64,000 bases of DNA from an uncultured virus (IMG/VR IMGVR_UViG_3300044701_002172). Lineage: Duplodnaviria; Heunggongvirae; Uroviricota; Caudoviricetes. The notes under the pieces are model-generated. The model was given only the letters and a program-made list of their open reading frames with translations. It had not been told where the DNA came from and searched no databases. A program made the position numbers and the translations under genes. Positions 36,786 through 45,032 of this stretch are shown in pieces. Every line of letters starts with the position of its first letter. Position 1 is the stretch's first letter. The stretch is from the IMG/VR virus record IMGVR_UViG_3300044701_002172, positions 62,001 through 126,000 of that record. One strand, 5' to 3'.

Positions 36786-38588
36786 TTACTCGGGATAAGC
36801 AGTAAATTTACTTCTAGCAATATCTACATCCAAATAAACATTACGTAGGGCATTTATGTCGTTAGACAAAGGTTTTGCTCTAACTTCTATACGATTGTCG
36901 TCAAAACTACCTTTTATGATAGTCAAATTATATAAAAGAACTTCGCCTTTTTCATAATTAATAATCCCCAATGAATCATTGAGTGTGATTTTATCACCTG
37001 TTATAGAATCTAACTTATATAGGACAATTTTTCCAGCTGAATCTTCAAAATACACAGTATCATTAGGATATTCGCTTACGACAAATCCAGATGACATCAC
37101 AGAAGGTCCTTCACAATCAAGATCAAATTCATTTTGATAACAAATTTCATAGAAAAATGTTGAGTTTAAAGATGGAAAGAAATCTTTCCTCATTATTACT
37201 GAAGTTTGATTTGAATTAATAGATCTATCAGAATCATCTATTACAGAAATAAACTTACTGTATCTAAATTTACCATTAAATTTTTCGGTATCTGATTGAC
37301 GAAGATATTGATCTAATCCAGAAATAACTTTGCTACGAATCTCTTCAGGAGACTGAGTAGTTTTTGATCTATCATAATAAATTTTACTAATCATTTCGAC
37401 ATAAACAATGGAAGGATCTTCAATATCAGCAGTTACAGATCCAACCATATACGGCTTTAATTTTCTAATTATTTCTTGTTTTGTTGTATTTGAGAGAAGA
37501 GCAGTATTTTTTGGCTTAACAACAATTTTGACTTTGCCATATTCTGGATTTCTTGCTTCTTCTCCGCCATATGTTATAATATCAGCAACTGCTGGATAAA
37601 TGTTTTTAACAATGGCACCATAATCTTGAGCAGTTACCGCTCTGTCCTGAGTTCCAAAATACTTAGGAGCATTGTATTTAATTTCATTAATTGTTTCAAT
37701 TTCTTCTCCGCCAGCAGCAGCTACTGTATTTGTATTAAAAATACTTATACTTACTGGATAATTACTGTTACGATTAACATCTTCTAATACACCAGCAAAA
37801 GTAAATGATTTCGAACCATTTGTTAAAGAACCATTAGTAATTAAATAACTAACTTCAATAAATTCTCCGTTATCTAACTTCCTACCTAAACTACCATCTC
37901 CAAAAAATATTTCGTATCTTTCATCTTCAATTTCTTCTACAAAATATACTTTAGAATCTTTTGTTACATTTAAAATATTATTGGAAAATTCGTAAAATTC
38001 AAATGATGTGCTGTTTTGTGATTCAAAAACTTTAACTCTAATTGTTGATATATCCGCTCCTGGGTTATCAATAATAAATCTTTGAGACTTTACAGCAGTA
38101 TTAACTGTATATGAATTTGTTACTAGACTTCCTTCGTAGATAGGAATATTTCTAAAATTAGCAATGTTATTAACTACAGGAGCTTCTTGATCTTCTACAA
38201 CAACATATTGATATAAATTATTATCAAAAATTGTAGTAAACCCAGTTCCTTTCTTCAGAAAAATAACACTTGGGCTACTTCCAGTAAAAGTAACATCAAA
38301 ATTGACGTAAGCAATTGGAGCAGTAATTGATTTTGGTTTGTACCCTAATTGCTTCGCTAGAGCCACCACGTTGTCCCTCAAGGTGGCTGAAGACAAGAAT
38401 AGCTCATTTACCACCATGTTGGTGTTAAACGCCGTGTAGTAGGTATTATAAGCGAGCAGATCAATAAGAACGCTCAGAGTCGAACCTTCAAAGTCGTAAT
38501 CGGTAAAGTCAGACTGCGCTCTCATGTATTCTATGAGAGAAGTTTTAATCTCGTTAAAATCTAGATTGTTAACTTGAACGTAAGACAT
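36786..38588 (-). CDS. gp6: Baseplate wedge subunit gp6
   Basis: LDFNEIKTSL..FTDYDFEGS.LSVLIDLLAYNTYY; EIFFGDG; QDRAVTAQDY. Confidence 0.93.
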   Translation of the reverse strand: MSYVQVNNLDFNEIKTSLIEYMRAQSDFTDYDFEGSTLSVLIDLLAYNTYYTAFNTNMVVNELFLSSATLRDNVVALAKQLGYKPKSITAPIAYVNFDVTFTGSSPSVIFLKKGTGFTTIFDNNLYQYVVVEDQEAPVVNNIANFRNIPIYEGSLVTNSYTVNTAVKSQRFIIDNPGADISTIRVKVFESQNSTSFEFYEFSNNILNVTKDSKVYFVEEIEDERYEIFFGDGSLGRKLDNGEFIEVSYLITNGSLTNGSKSFTFAGVLEDVNRNSNYPVSISIFNTNTVAAAGGEEIETINEIKYNAPKYFGTQDRAVTAQDYGAIVKNIYPAVADIITYGGEEARNPEYGKVKIVVKPKNTALLSNTTKQEIIRKLKPYMVGSVTADIEDPSIVYVEMISKIYYDRSKTTQSPEEIRSKVISGLDQYLRQSDTEKFNGKFRYSKFISVIDDSDRSINSNQTSVIMRKDFFPSLNSTFFYEICYQNEFDLDCEGPSVMSSGFVVSEYPNDTVYFEDSAGKIVLYKLDSITGDKITLNDSLGIINYEKGEVLLYNLTIIKGSFDDNRIEVRAKPLSNDINALRNVYLDVDIARSKFTAYPE

Positions 38589-38981
38589 TTATCGGGTTCT
38601 CTCTAAAAAGAAGGTAATGGATACAGGAACATCATCTCTTCCAGTAATTTCAAATACTAATTCTACATCAAATCCGTTATTATCAAAATTTGGATTTGTT
38701 GATAATGAAAGTATACTAATTCTAGGTTCGTAAAATCTCAACGTATTTTGTATTTCAGTATTTACCAAAGAAGCAGTACCAAAATCTAATGGTTCAAATA
38801 ATAATTCGGACAGAGAAGACCCAATACGAGAATCAAAAAATCTTTCTCCTCTATTTGTCAACAACAAATTAATAATCGCCTGTTTAATGGCAGCCTCATC
38901 CTTTAATACAGTAAGGTCTCCTGTAATAGGATGAGGCTTAAACGTAATATTCAGATCTTTGAAAGTCTGAAAAGTAGGCAT
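38589..38981 (-). CDS. gp25: Baseplate wedge subunit gp25
   Basis: FKDLNITFKPHPITGDL; AIKQAIINLLLTNRGERFF; YEPRI. Confidence 0.92.
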   Translation of the reverse strand: MPTFQTFKDLNITFKPHPITGDLTVLKDEAAIKQAIINLLLTNRGERFFDSRIGSSLSELLFEPLDFGTASLVNTEIQNTLRFYEPRISILSLSTNPNFDNNGFDVELVFEITGRDDVPVSITFFLERTR

Positions 38982-38997
38982 AATAGGAGTTTTTTAT

Positions 38998-39005
38998 TAT
39001 TTATA
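38998..39005 (-). promoter_or_regulatory. T4 late promoter TATAAATA
   Basis: Exact consensus 17 nt upstream of the gp25 ATG. Confidence 0.85.
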
Positions 39006-39197
39006 TTACTCCTCAAACCTCTCCACAAAGTCATCAAAACCACCAGCACCACCACACGGCTTTGAAAGCCTGTCTTCGGGAACCTGATATTTTTTCTTGT
39101 GTACTTTTCTTAGGTACTTATCTGAAGCAGGGTCTGAAATCAGAGTCATACCTGATTGAATAAACGCCTGACTTTTATCTACTGGACTCATAGCCAT
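39006..39197 (-). CDS. Hypothetical protein (about 63 aa, MAMSPVDKS...)
   Basis: ORF track 39006-39254; ATG at 39197 preferred; TAAATA at 39257-39262 upstream. Confidence 0.6.
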   Translation of the reverse strand: MAMSPVDKSQAFIQSGMTLISDPASDKYLRKVHKKKYQVPEDRLSKPCGGAGGFDDFVERFEE

Positions 39198-39282
39198 CTG
39201 TTTTCTCCATGAAGGTTTAAACAGAACTTTTAAAGGGGTTGCTATCCCTTTCACACTATTTACACAACCTCAAATAAACAAC

Positions 39283-39303
39283 AAAAAAGCGGCTTTCGCC
39301 GCT
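39283..39303 (-). terminator. Rho-independent terminator
   Basis: AGCGGC-GAAA-GCCGCT hairpin followed by a T-run on the minus strand, just after the 47-aa gene. Confidence 0.8.
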
Positions 39304-39308
39304 AAAAA

Positions 39309-39452
39309 TCAATTACCTTGTCCACGATAACGCTTACGAGCATTGTTTCGACTTGTGGAGGCATACTTGGTATGCTTTCCAGCTCCCTGACGGGATTTCT
39401 TAGGTTTGGACTGAATACCAGGATTGCCAGTAAACGAAGGACGCTTAGCCAT
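39309..39452 (-). CDS. Small basic protein (47 aa, MAKRPSFTG...RKRYRGQGN)
   Basis: Hand-translated; below the ORF-track cutoff; followed by a terminator. Confidence 0.7.
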   Translation of the reverse strand: MAKRPSFTGNPGIQSKPKKSRQGAGKHTKYASTSRNNARKRYRGQGN

Positions 39453-39489
39453 AGAATTTAACCTTAACTACCCTCCTAGTATACCCCAT

Positions 39490-39819
39490 TTACTTCTTCG
39501 TGTCAACAAAGACGGAGGTGGCACCAAATGCCGCTACCTGCCCAGCAGGACCGTATTGGCAGGTAAGTAAACTACCAATTACTGCCATGGGTTGCTTATT
39601 CACGAAAACAGTCGGAGATCCAGTGGAAATCCTATCTGTGTGAACATCAGGTGGCAAGTGGAAGTGGGGTAGAGTCTCATTCCCTACATGGTGTACTTGC
39701 TTGCTATTGATGTAGACGCTTCCAGAAGCCCCTGTAGGGGGCACCGAGTACCCTACAGGTGGCCAAGGTCCATGTCCGCTTGTCATGTCATCTGGGGTGT
39801 ACAGAGCAGGTATATCCAT
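39490..39819 (-). CDS. PAAR-repeat spike tip protein (gp5.4-like)
   Basis: GHGPWPP; SVYINSKQVHHVG; H..H..H metal ligands; ISTGSPTVFVNKQPMA.IG; VAAFGATSVFV. Confidence 0.85.
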   Translation of the reverse strand: MDIPALYTPDDMTSGHGPWPPVGYSVPPTGASGSVYINSKQVHHVGNETLPHFHLPPDVHTDRISTGSPTVFVNKQPMAVIGSLLTCQYGPAGQVAAFGATSVFVDTKK

Positions 39820-40682
39820 TATTCCTCTTCGAAATTATCCCCTTCAATATTTAGAATAGCATTTCTTCTTCTACGTTTTAAAAGAAACTTTAATCTTTCG
39901 TTTGCTGCCTTCTGATTATACTGTACAATCATATAAGCAGTGAAAGGATACACTCCCAATGTTGAAGTGACTGTAACATCAAAGTAAAATCTAAGTTTTT
40001 TGATGTCTGTACCTTTATATGATATAACTTGACCAATACTATTGAAATATCCTTCAAGAATCTCAGATTCTGTCTTATAAGCAGCAGCAACTGTTAAAGG
40101 ATAAAACGTGTTAATGTTTACACCAGATGGTAAAGGAATATTAATCTTTTTTAAATCAAATGGTAAATTTGCTGGAAAATTCTCTAAAGGAGCATAAAAG
40201 AACCCGTTACTTGTAAATTTAGTAATAGCATTCAAATATGACACCACAATCTCTCGGTCATACCAGTTTCTCTCCGTGAAATACCCAGAGATCGTTGCTG
40301 CTGGTCCAGGAGTACACACAACCAGAGGTTCTAAGAACAATCCAGGTGCCCAAAATGGTGACACAGGTATCTTGAGTTCTTTGTTTAATGATTTCGTTGT
40401 GTCACTTCCAGGTAACGGATCTTCTAATATACACTTATTTGGACCAAGTATCACAACACTCGTAATCACTTCAAGTGGTGCCGTGGGTATGGCACTCACA
40501 GTTAATGTGAATGGCTGGTAAGTGCTGATATAATTGGCATTAGGTCCGCCTTCACCATCAGGTAACTTATTTGCTACTGGACGAAACTCAAACGCTGCTG
40601 GAGGCAACGTAGGGTTCGCTGTCGGTGGTCCTGGAAGTGGTGCTGGTCCTACTGTGAGACCATCAACTAGTAACGTTGCCAT
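39819..40682 (-). CDS. Hypothetical protein (287 aa), probably virion-associated
   Basis: Translationally coupled to the PAAR gene. Confidence 0.65.
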   Translation of the reverse strand: MATLLVDGLTVGPAPLPGPPTANPTLPPAAFEFRPVANKLPDGEGGPNANYISTYQPFTLTVSAIPTAPLEVITSVVILGPNKCILEDPLPGSDTTKSLNKELKIPVSPFWAPGLFLEPLVVCTPGPAATISGYFTERNWYDREIVVSYLNAITKFTSNGFFYAPLENFPANLPFDLKKINIPLPSGVNINTFYPLTVAAAYKTESEILEGYFNSIGQVISYKGTDIKKLRFYFDVTVTSTLGVYPFTAYMIVQYNQKAANERLKFLLKRRRRNAILNIEGDNFEEE

Positions 40683-40866
40683 TTTCTAATTTTCTAAGTC
40701 TTTCATCGAGTTCATCCAGAAACTCAACAATATTTACATATTCTTCCCGTTGGGGAGGCTTGTACATCATTTTGAATGGCACTGGAAGTTGATCGAGTTT
40801 AGCCTTGAGGCTCTGGACCAGTTTCACCAAGGAATTCCATTCCTCTAGACTCACTTTGTTGTTCAT
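40663..40866 (-). CDS. Hypothetical protein (67 aa)
   Basis: ORF track; operon packing. Confidence 0.6.
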   Translation of the reverse strand: MNNKVSLEEWNSLVKLVQSLKAKLDQLPVPFKMMYKPPQREEYVNIVEFLDELDERLRKLENGNVTS

Positions 40867-41047
40867 TAGTAACTCTCTCCTTTCTTACCATATTATCATA
40901 GATCGTCTCCACCGAAATCTCGGGCTTCATGCCAGCATAGAAATTCGTGGCGACCTCTTCAATGCTATCGGCAAATTCATTGAAGCTGTCAAACATTTTC
41001 TCTTGTAATACCCCATCGGGGGTTTTGAAAGTAACTCTGTGTTCCAT
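40799..41047 (-). CDS. Hypothetical protein (82 aa)
   Basis: ORF track; first gene after the non-coding region. Confidence 0.6.
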   Translation of the reverse strand: MEHRVTFKTPDGVLQEKMFDSFNEFADSIEEVATNFYAGMKPEISVETIYDNMVRKERVTNEQQSESRGMEFLGETGPEPQG

Positions 41048-41174
41048 AGCGACTTTTTGAGTGATTTTTTCTGGGGGAAATTTTTTGAAATCGAAGGATT
41101 TGAAGTTTCGAATTTCTTTTAATATTTAGAGGGCTCTGGGAAACGTTTATAGCTTATAACAATGGGTCCCCTTT

Positions 41175-41299
41175 TACGATTAACTGTTATTATTAATAAC
41201 GAACGATTACGATTAACTGTTTATTCTTTATACTCAAACATACGATTACCTGTTTATTCTTTATATCGTGTAATCCTAATTAATTGTTTATTCTTTATA
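41175..41299. repeat. Four direct repeats with 33-34 bp period (TACGATTAACTGTTTATTCTTTATA consensus)
   Basis: Copies start at 41175, 41208, 41241, 41275 in AT-rich non-coding DNA. Confidence 0.8.
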
Positions 41300-41308
41300 T
41301 TTACAAAT

Positions 41309-41338
41309 AAAAAAAGAGAGTGATAATAATCACTCTCT
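41309..41338 (-). terminator. Rho-independent terminator ending the early region
   Basis: AGAGAGTGAT...ATCACTCTCT inverted repeat with a T-run on the minus strand. Confidence 0.7.
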
Positions 41339-41398
41339 AATAAATCTGTGATTCTATTAATAATAGAAACAGATGTTTTTTATGAAATACTTTCTCCC

Positions 41399-41677
41399 TC
41401 AATCTTCAGGAAATTCGATAATCTGAAGATCGCCAATCTTCCGTGCTTTCGCTATCACCGAACCGAGGGAGAATCCCAGGAGATCGGGTGATTTAATGAT
41501 CTCGGCAAGGTGTACAGCAAAGCGGGATGTAGCGTCGAAAGCGTATGCTTTCTCTGTGTTGCTGTGGAAGATGATTTCGACGCAATTCTCGTCGATCTCG
41601 ATGTTGTAAATTGCCGAGGATTCGTCAATAGTGAAAGTCCGAAAAATCGGGGCTTTTGAGATAACGAAGGAAGGCAT
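41399..41677 (-). CDS. KTSC-domain-like protein
   Basis: SSAIYNIEID..VEIIFHS...AYAF...SLG pattern. Confidence 0.55.
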   Translation of the reverse strand: MPSFVISKAPIFRTFTIDESSAIYNIEIDENCVEIIFHSNTEKAYAFDATSRFAVHLAEIIKSPDLLGFSLGSVIAKARKIGDLQIIEFPED

Positions 41678-41746
41678 GGTTTCTGTAAAGAATTGGGGTT
41701 GGGGTGGGGGGCTGGAGTGCCCCCCGTTGCTCGCTATCCTAGCACA

Positions 41747-42043
41747 TCACAGGCGGCTGTTCCGATCCTGTGCCCACATGGCGAGGCGCTTGGTGCTCGC
41801 CTTGCTGAACACCCGATCGGTCTGGGTGATGCTGCCGTCGTCGTGGCTGACACGGTGGCGGTTGGCAGCCTTGGCACACTGCTGGAGGGCACGGCGTCCC
41901 TGGGCGTTGGTCTGGGCGAGGTTCAGCAGCAGGGTGGCACGGTGAGCGCCGATCACCTGGGGGCGGTTGATCAGGATCTGAGCGACTCGCTCGGCGTCAC
42001 CCATGAAGGCGGCGAAGCGGGAGGAGGGGATGATCTTGAGCAT
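41747..42043 (-). CDS. Hypothetical early protein (98 aa, MLKIIPSS...)
   Basis: Start chosen downstream of TATAAT at 42089-42094. Confidence 0.6.
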   Translation of the reverse strand: MLKIIPSSRFAAFMGDAERVAQILINRPQVIGAHRATLLLNLAQTNAQGRRALQQCAKAANRHRVSHDDGSITQTDRVFSKASTKRLAMWAQDRNSRL

Positions 42044-42088
42044 GGATCTCGGTGGTAGTGGGGGGCGGTGGTGCCCCCCGATGTCGTA

Positions 42089-42145
42089 ATTATAGCGGAT
42101 CGGGGGTGGCTGTCGAGGGTCGGCAGCCAGTTCCCGAAGTGGCAC
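42089..42145 (-). promoter_or_regulatory. Early promoter cassette (22-bp palindrome + sigma70 -10)
   Basis: TATAAT 42089-42094; palindrome 42124-42145. Confidence 0.65.
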
Positions 42146-42331
42146 TCAGTGGCGGTCGGAGATGTTCCAGGTGCCCCAGCCTCCATGCTGGCGCTCGTGC
42201 TCCAGCTGGCGGGTGTCGATCGCTTCGAGGCGCTGGGCGCTGCTGTACTTTGCCCAGCCTTCGGCGGTCTCGCTAGCGAGGCAGCTGCCGTAGCAGGCGT
42301 TCCAGATCAGGTTCGCTTCGTCGATGGTCAT
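42146..42331 (-). CDS. Hypothetical early protein (61 aa, MTIDEANL...)
   Basis: ATG directly after the repeated leader. Confidence 0.7.
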   Translation of the reverse strand: MTIDEANLIWNACYGSCLASETAEGWAKYSSAQRLEAIDTRQLEHERQHGGWGTWNISDRH

Positions 42332-42418
42332 CGGTCGGTGTCGGTGGTTGACTTGATCAGTATAGTGCCCCTCAGGGCATCTGGCAGCTGCCAGGTGTGA
42401 CAGAATTGTAGGTGGCAC
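42331..42418 (-). promoter_or_regulatory. Early promoter cassette with repeated leader
   Basis: TATACT 42359-42364; palindrome 42397-42418; leader GATCAAGTCAACCACCGACACCGACCG-ATG. Confidence 0.7.
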
Positions 42419-42548
42419 AGCGGGCAGCGGTTGCTTGGTTGACCGCTGCCACGGTGTCAGCAGCGAACCCGATGGCAGCACCGCCCACGGTGGCGATGGG
42501 AGCGTAGAAAGCAGCACCGAGGGCGAGGAGGGCGATGGTCTTGATCAT
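42372..42548 (-). CDS. Small hydrophobic/secreted-type protein (58 aa, MIKTIALLALGAAF...)
   Basis: Hand-translated; preceded by the same leader and TATACT. Confidence 0.65.
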   Translation of the reverse strand: MIKTIALLALGAAFYAPIATVGGAAIGFAADTVAAVNQATAARCATYNSVTPGSCQMP

Positions 42549-42611
42549 GGGGTGTCGGTGGTTGACTTGATCAGTATAGCATGGAAAGGGGGCAGATGCC
42601 CCCCTGGTGGT

Positions 42612-42887
42612 TCAGAACATCTCCCCGATCGGCATGATGTCGGGGGTGGGATCGTAACCGTCGAAAATCGCCTTTACGATGTCATCGTAGGATCGCTGGC
42701 TGAGAATACCCTCCACAGCGATCTCCTCTGCCCATTCATAGAATCCACCCGAGAGAAAATCACAGGGGAACAGATACGGATGGGTTTGATCCATCAAGTC
42801 TTCGATCTTACCCAGCTCGGTGTTCAGATCGGTGGGGATCTCCCAAGCTTCGTCGATCTGAACGGTGTCGGTGAAGGCGTAGGTCAT
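42612..42887 (-). CDS. Acidic hypothetical early protein (91 aa)
   Basis: ORF track; repeated leader and promoter upstream. Confidence 0.7.
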   Translation of the reverse strand: MTYAFTDTVQIDEAWEIPTDLNTELGKIEDLMDQTHPYLFPCDFLSGGFYEWAEEIAVEGILSQRSYDDIVKAIFDGYDPTPDIMPIGEMF

Positions 42888-42974
42888 CGGTCGGTGTCGG
42901 TGGTTGACTTGTTCAGTATAGGGGCAGGAGAGGGGGGCTGTGTGCCCCCCGTGTGTAGGTTGTCAGGCTGGCAC
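42887..42974 (-). promoter_or_regulatory. Early promoter cassette with repeated leader
   Basis: TATACT 42915-42920; G/C hairpin; palindrome 42953-42974. Confidence 0.7.
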
Positions 42975-43691
42975 AGCTGCCCGAACCTTGACCTTCTGGA
43001 CCTTACGATTCGCCCTCGATGCCTTGCCCCACTCGCTGCCAGCGGGTTGGGTGCCGTGAACCAGCAGAGCGAAGGGACCATCCTCAAAGCAGGAGCGATC
43101 CTTTACATCAACCTTGAAACCTGCTGCCATAGCGTCATCCTCAGTCATGAACACTTTAGCATAACGAGGGAACACACCTTCGTCGATGAGATAATCAAAC
43201 TTGCCACCATAGCTGGCGGTGAAGTAGAAATTATCTGGCAGGTTGAGTCCTACAAACAGGGGCAGATTCTTGCTGTAGCAGTAGAACTTGATCGAAGGAT
43301 TAGCGTGAGCAACCAACAACCAAGCGAGCAAATACTCAGCAGAGAAGAAGTCACCACTCTCGTGAATCCTCACTTTAGTGATAGATTTAGTGAGATTCTG
43401 GCGGAGTTCGGTGTTGATGAGACCAGCACAGTTACCCTCCTTGAGAGCTTCACGGATCGCCTGAAGGTTACGCTGGCGGGATTCATAAACTTTCGTGTAC
43501 TGTACTTCACTGCTAGCAGCAAAACAGCGAAACTCAGTTTGAGGACCATCCCAGATCTTGCGTTTGCCGTTAGAATCAATCCGAACCATAGAGAGGCACT
43601 GATTAGCACCTGGGCAGGTTGTGCCTGCTGGCAGGTTGAAAATCAGGGTGTGCTTGTCGAGCTTGTCGTTGCCTTTAGAGAAGCTGAGCAT
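42963..43691 (-). CDS. Gp88-family protein (242 aa)
   Basis: GNDKL..FNLPAG.TCPGA..C...CFA; VRIHESGDFFS.EY..AW...A...P...FY.YSK. Confidence 0.75.
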   Translation of the reverse strand: MLSFSKGNDKLDKHTLIFNLPAGTTCPGANQCLSMVRIDSNGKRKIWDGPQTEFRCFAASSEVQYTKVYESRQRNLQAIREALKEGNCAGLINTELRQNLTKSITKVRIHESGDFFSAEYLLAWLLVAHANPSIKFYCYSKNLPLFVGLNLPDNFYFTASYGGKFDYLIDEGVFPRYAKVFMTEDDAMAAGFKVDVKDRSCFEDGPFALLVHGTQPAGSEWGKASRANRKVQKVKVRAAVPA

Positions 43692-43774
43692 CGGTCGTCT
43701 GTGGTTGACTTGTTCAGTATAGGGGGCAGGTGGTGCCCCCTGGTGGTGCTGGTGGACAGTGCCCCAACTGGCAC
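43692..43774 (-). promoter_or_regulatory. Early promoter cassette
   Basis: TATACT 43716-43721; GGGGGCA..TGCCCCC hairpin; palindrome 43753-43774. Confidence 0.7.
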
Positions 43775-43778
43775 AGGG

Positions 43779-43970
43779 TCAGAAGTCTACTGCCCAGTGT
43801 GGGTCATTCTTTATATCAACCCAGAAGAAGTTTTTCCCATTGTGAGAACGAAGGAACACACGGTTCTCTTTAATTTGCTCCACAATACACTCTGGGTTGT
43901 TGTTCATCAGGTTAGCGAATCTGTTCTTCGCTTTGTTAGATTTAGGAGTGACAAAAGCGAGGTCAAACAT
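43779..43970 (-). CDS. Hypothetical protein (63 aa)
   Basis: ORF track. Confidence 0.7.
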   Translation of the reverse strand: MFDLAFVTPKSNKAKNRFANLMNNNPECIVEQIKENRVFLRSHNGKNFFWVDIKNDPHWAVDF

Positions 43971-43979
43971 GTTAGAAAC

Positions 43980-44159
43980 TCACAGAACGTAGTAACCTTG
44001 AGCAGCAAACAGTTGGGGTTGATTCTGTTGCCAACCCACCAGCATCTGCTGGAGTTGTTGATCAGAATAGTTGTTCACCCAGAGATACTCAGCGGTGGGT
44101 TGAGTGTTCACAATCCGAAGGAAATTAACGATGGTTTGAATAGCTTTGAGGCGATTCAC
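43980..44159 (-). CDS. Hypothetical protein (59 aa, GTG start, MNRLKAIQTI...)
   Basis: Hand-translated; downstream of the promoter at 44182. Confidence 0.55.
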   Translation of the reverse strand: MNRLKAIQTIVNFLRIVNTQPTAEYLWVNNYSDQQLQQMLVGWQQNQPQLFAAQGYYVL

Positions 44160-44181
44160 GTTGTTTGTTTCAACTGAGGTC

Positions 44182-44239
44182 AGTATGGCACCCCCTAGGC
44201 ACGTTTGGGGGTGTTAGTGGACAGTTCAGAAAGTGTCAC
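44182..44239 (-). promoter_or_regulatory. Early promoter cassette
   Basis: CATACT 44182-44187; palindrome 44218-44239. Confidence 0.6.
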
Positions 44240-44452
44240 ATCACATACCCAATAGTACGCTTTCTCTGTGCTAGAACTCACAAACAGCAGAAACTGTTGG
44301 GTATATTTTAGGAGGGTTTCTCGCCCACCTGAATTATACCAATCGCTGACACGGTTAGCAACAAACAATGTCACACCTACGATGATAGCAACCACTGTTG
44401 CTAGATTATACATCAGGGTGGACACGAAAGACTTCACAAACTCGTTGTTCAT
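44195..44452 (-). CDS. Hypothetical membrane protein (85 aa)
   Basis: Hydrophobic segment LATVVAIIVGVTLFVA. Confidence 0.65.
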   Translation of the reverse strand: MNNEFVKSFVSTLMYNLATVVAIIVGVTLFVANRVSDWYNSGGRETLLKYTQQFLLFVSSSTEKAYYWVCDVTLSELSTNTPKRA

Positions 44453-44508
44453 GGTTGTTGTTAAGAATTGTTTGGTGGGTTGAGTATATTTCCCTCAACC
44501 ACACACCA

Positions 44509-44603
44509 AGCATAGCAACAACAACCCCACCAGTCAAGGGGCAGTGGACACTAGACAAACTGGCACACAACCCCTTGACAAACACTAAAATACCCTCTAG
44601 ATT
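44509..44603. promoter_or_regulatory. Divergent sigma70 promoters sharing one palindrome
   Basis: Minus: TTGACT(44532-37)-17-TATGCT(44509-14); palindrome 44545-44566; plus: TTGACA(44575-80)-17-TAGATT(44598-603). Confidence 0.65.
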
Positions 44604-44799
44604 GTAGTCTAGAGGGTATAATATACTACTCTTGAGTAGTATAATCTATATCTACTACTATACTATAATCATCATACTCTAATTCTTTATTCTTTATATC
44701 ATATTCTTCTAATTCATTCTTTATATAATCTTGAAAGGTTAATGTATTAGACATATGATTAAAGATTAAAGTTTAATTTTGAAATTATCTTAAAATTGA

Positions 44800-44848
44800 A
44801 AAAAGTGAAAAATCTTAATTATTGAGTTTTTAAGATTTTTCACTTTTT
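44800..44848. repeat. Perfect 19-bp inverted repeat
   Basis: AAAAAGTGAAAAATCTTAA / TTAAGATTTTTCACTTTTT, 11-nt loop. Confidence 0.8.
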
Positions 44849-44855
44849 GGGATTC

Positions 44856-45032
44856 TCAACTTTCCAGCAATTCTGGATAATAGTCCTCCACCTCAGTCAT
44901 CAGCTCTTCATCACTATACTTATCATAACCTTCATCAAGATAATCATAACACAGTTGTGTCATAGTCTTGAGATCCATGTCATCAATCAGTTGTTGAATG
45001 AATTGATCTTGAAGTTCAGAACGATTAGTCAT
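44856..45032 (-). CDS. Acidic hypothetical protein (58 aa, MTNRSELQDQF...)
   Basis: Hand-translated; ATGA-coupled to the upstream ORF. Confidence 0.7.
   Translation of the reverse strand: MTNRSELQDQFIQQLIDDMDLKTMTQLCYDYLDEGYDKYSDEELMTEVEDYYPELLES

Noticed and set aside
12021..40521. Plus-strand and off-frame ORFs within structural genes (e.g. 14085, 19338, 24566, 25226, 29035, 33594, 37408, 40276)
   Set aside because: Shadows of well-supported minus-strand genes
41175..41299. Possible CRISPR mini-array
   Set aside because: Spacers are only about 8 bp, the repeats are degenerate, and there are no cas genes
42331..43722. Repeated 35-bp units as CRISPR or IS ends
   Set aside because: The intervening DNA is 200-800 bp of coding sequence, the repeats contain a -10 box and end at an ATG, and there is no transposase
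42435..44177. 580-aa plus-strand ORF
   Set aside because: It is the codon-aligned antisense shadow of five minus-strand genes that happen to share a frame in GC-rich DNA. It translates the repeated leaders (SVVDLISI/SVVDLFSI) and has no recognisable domain.
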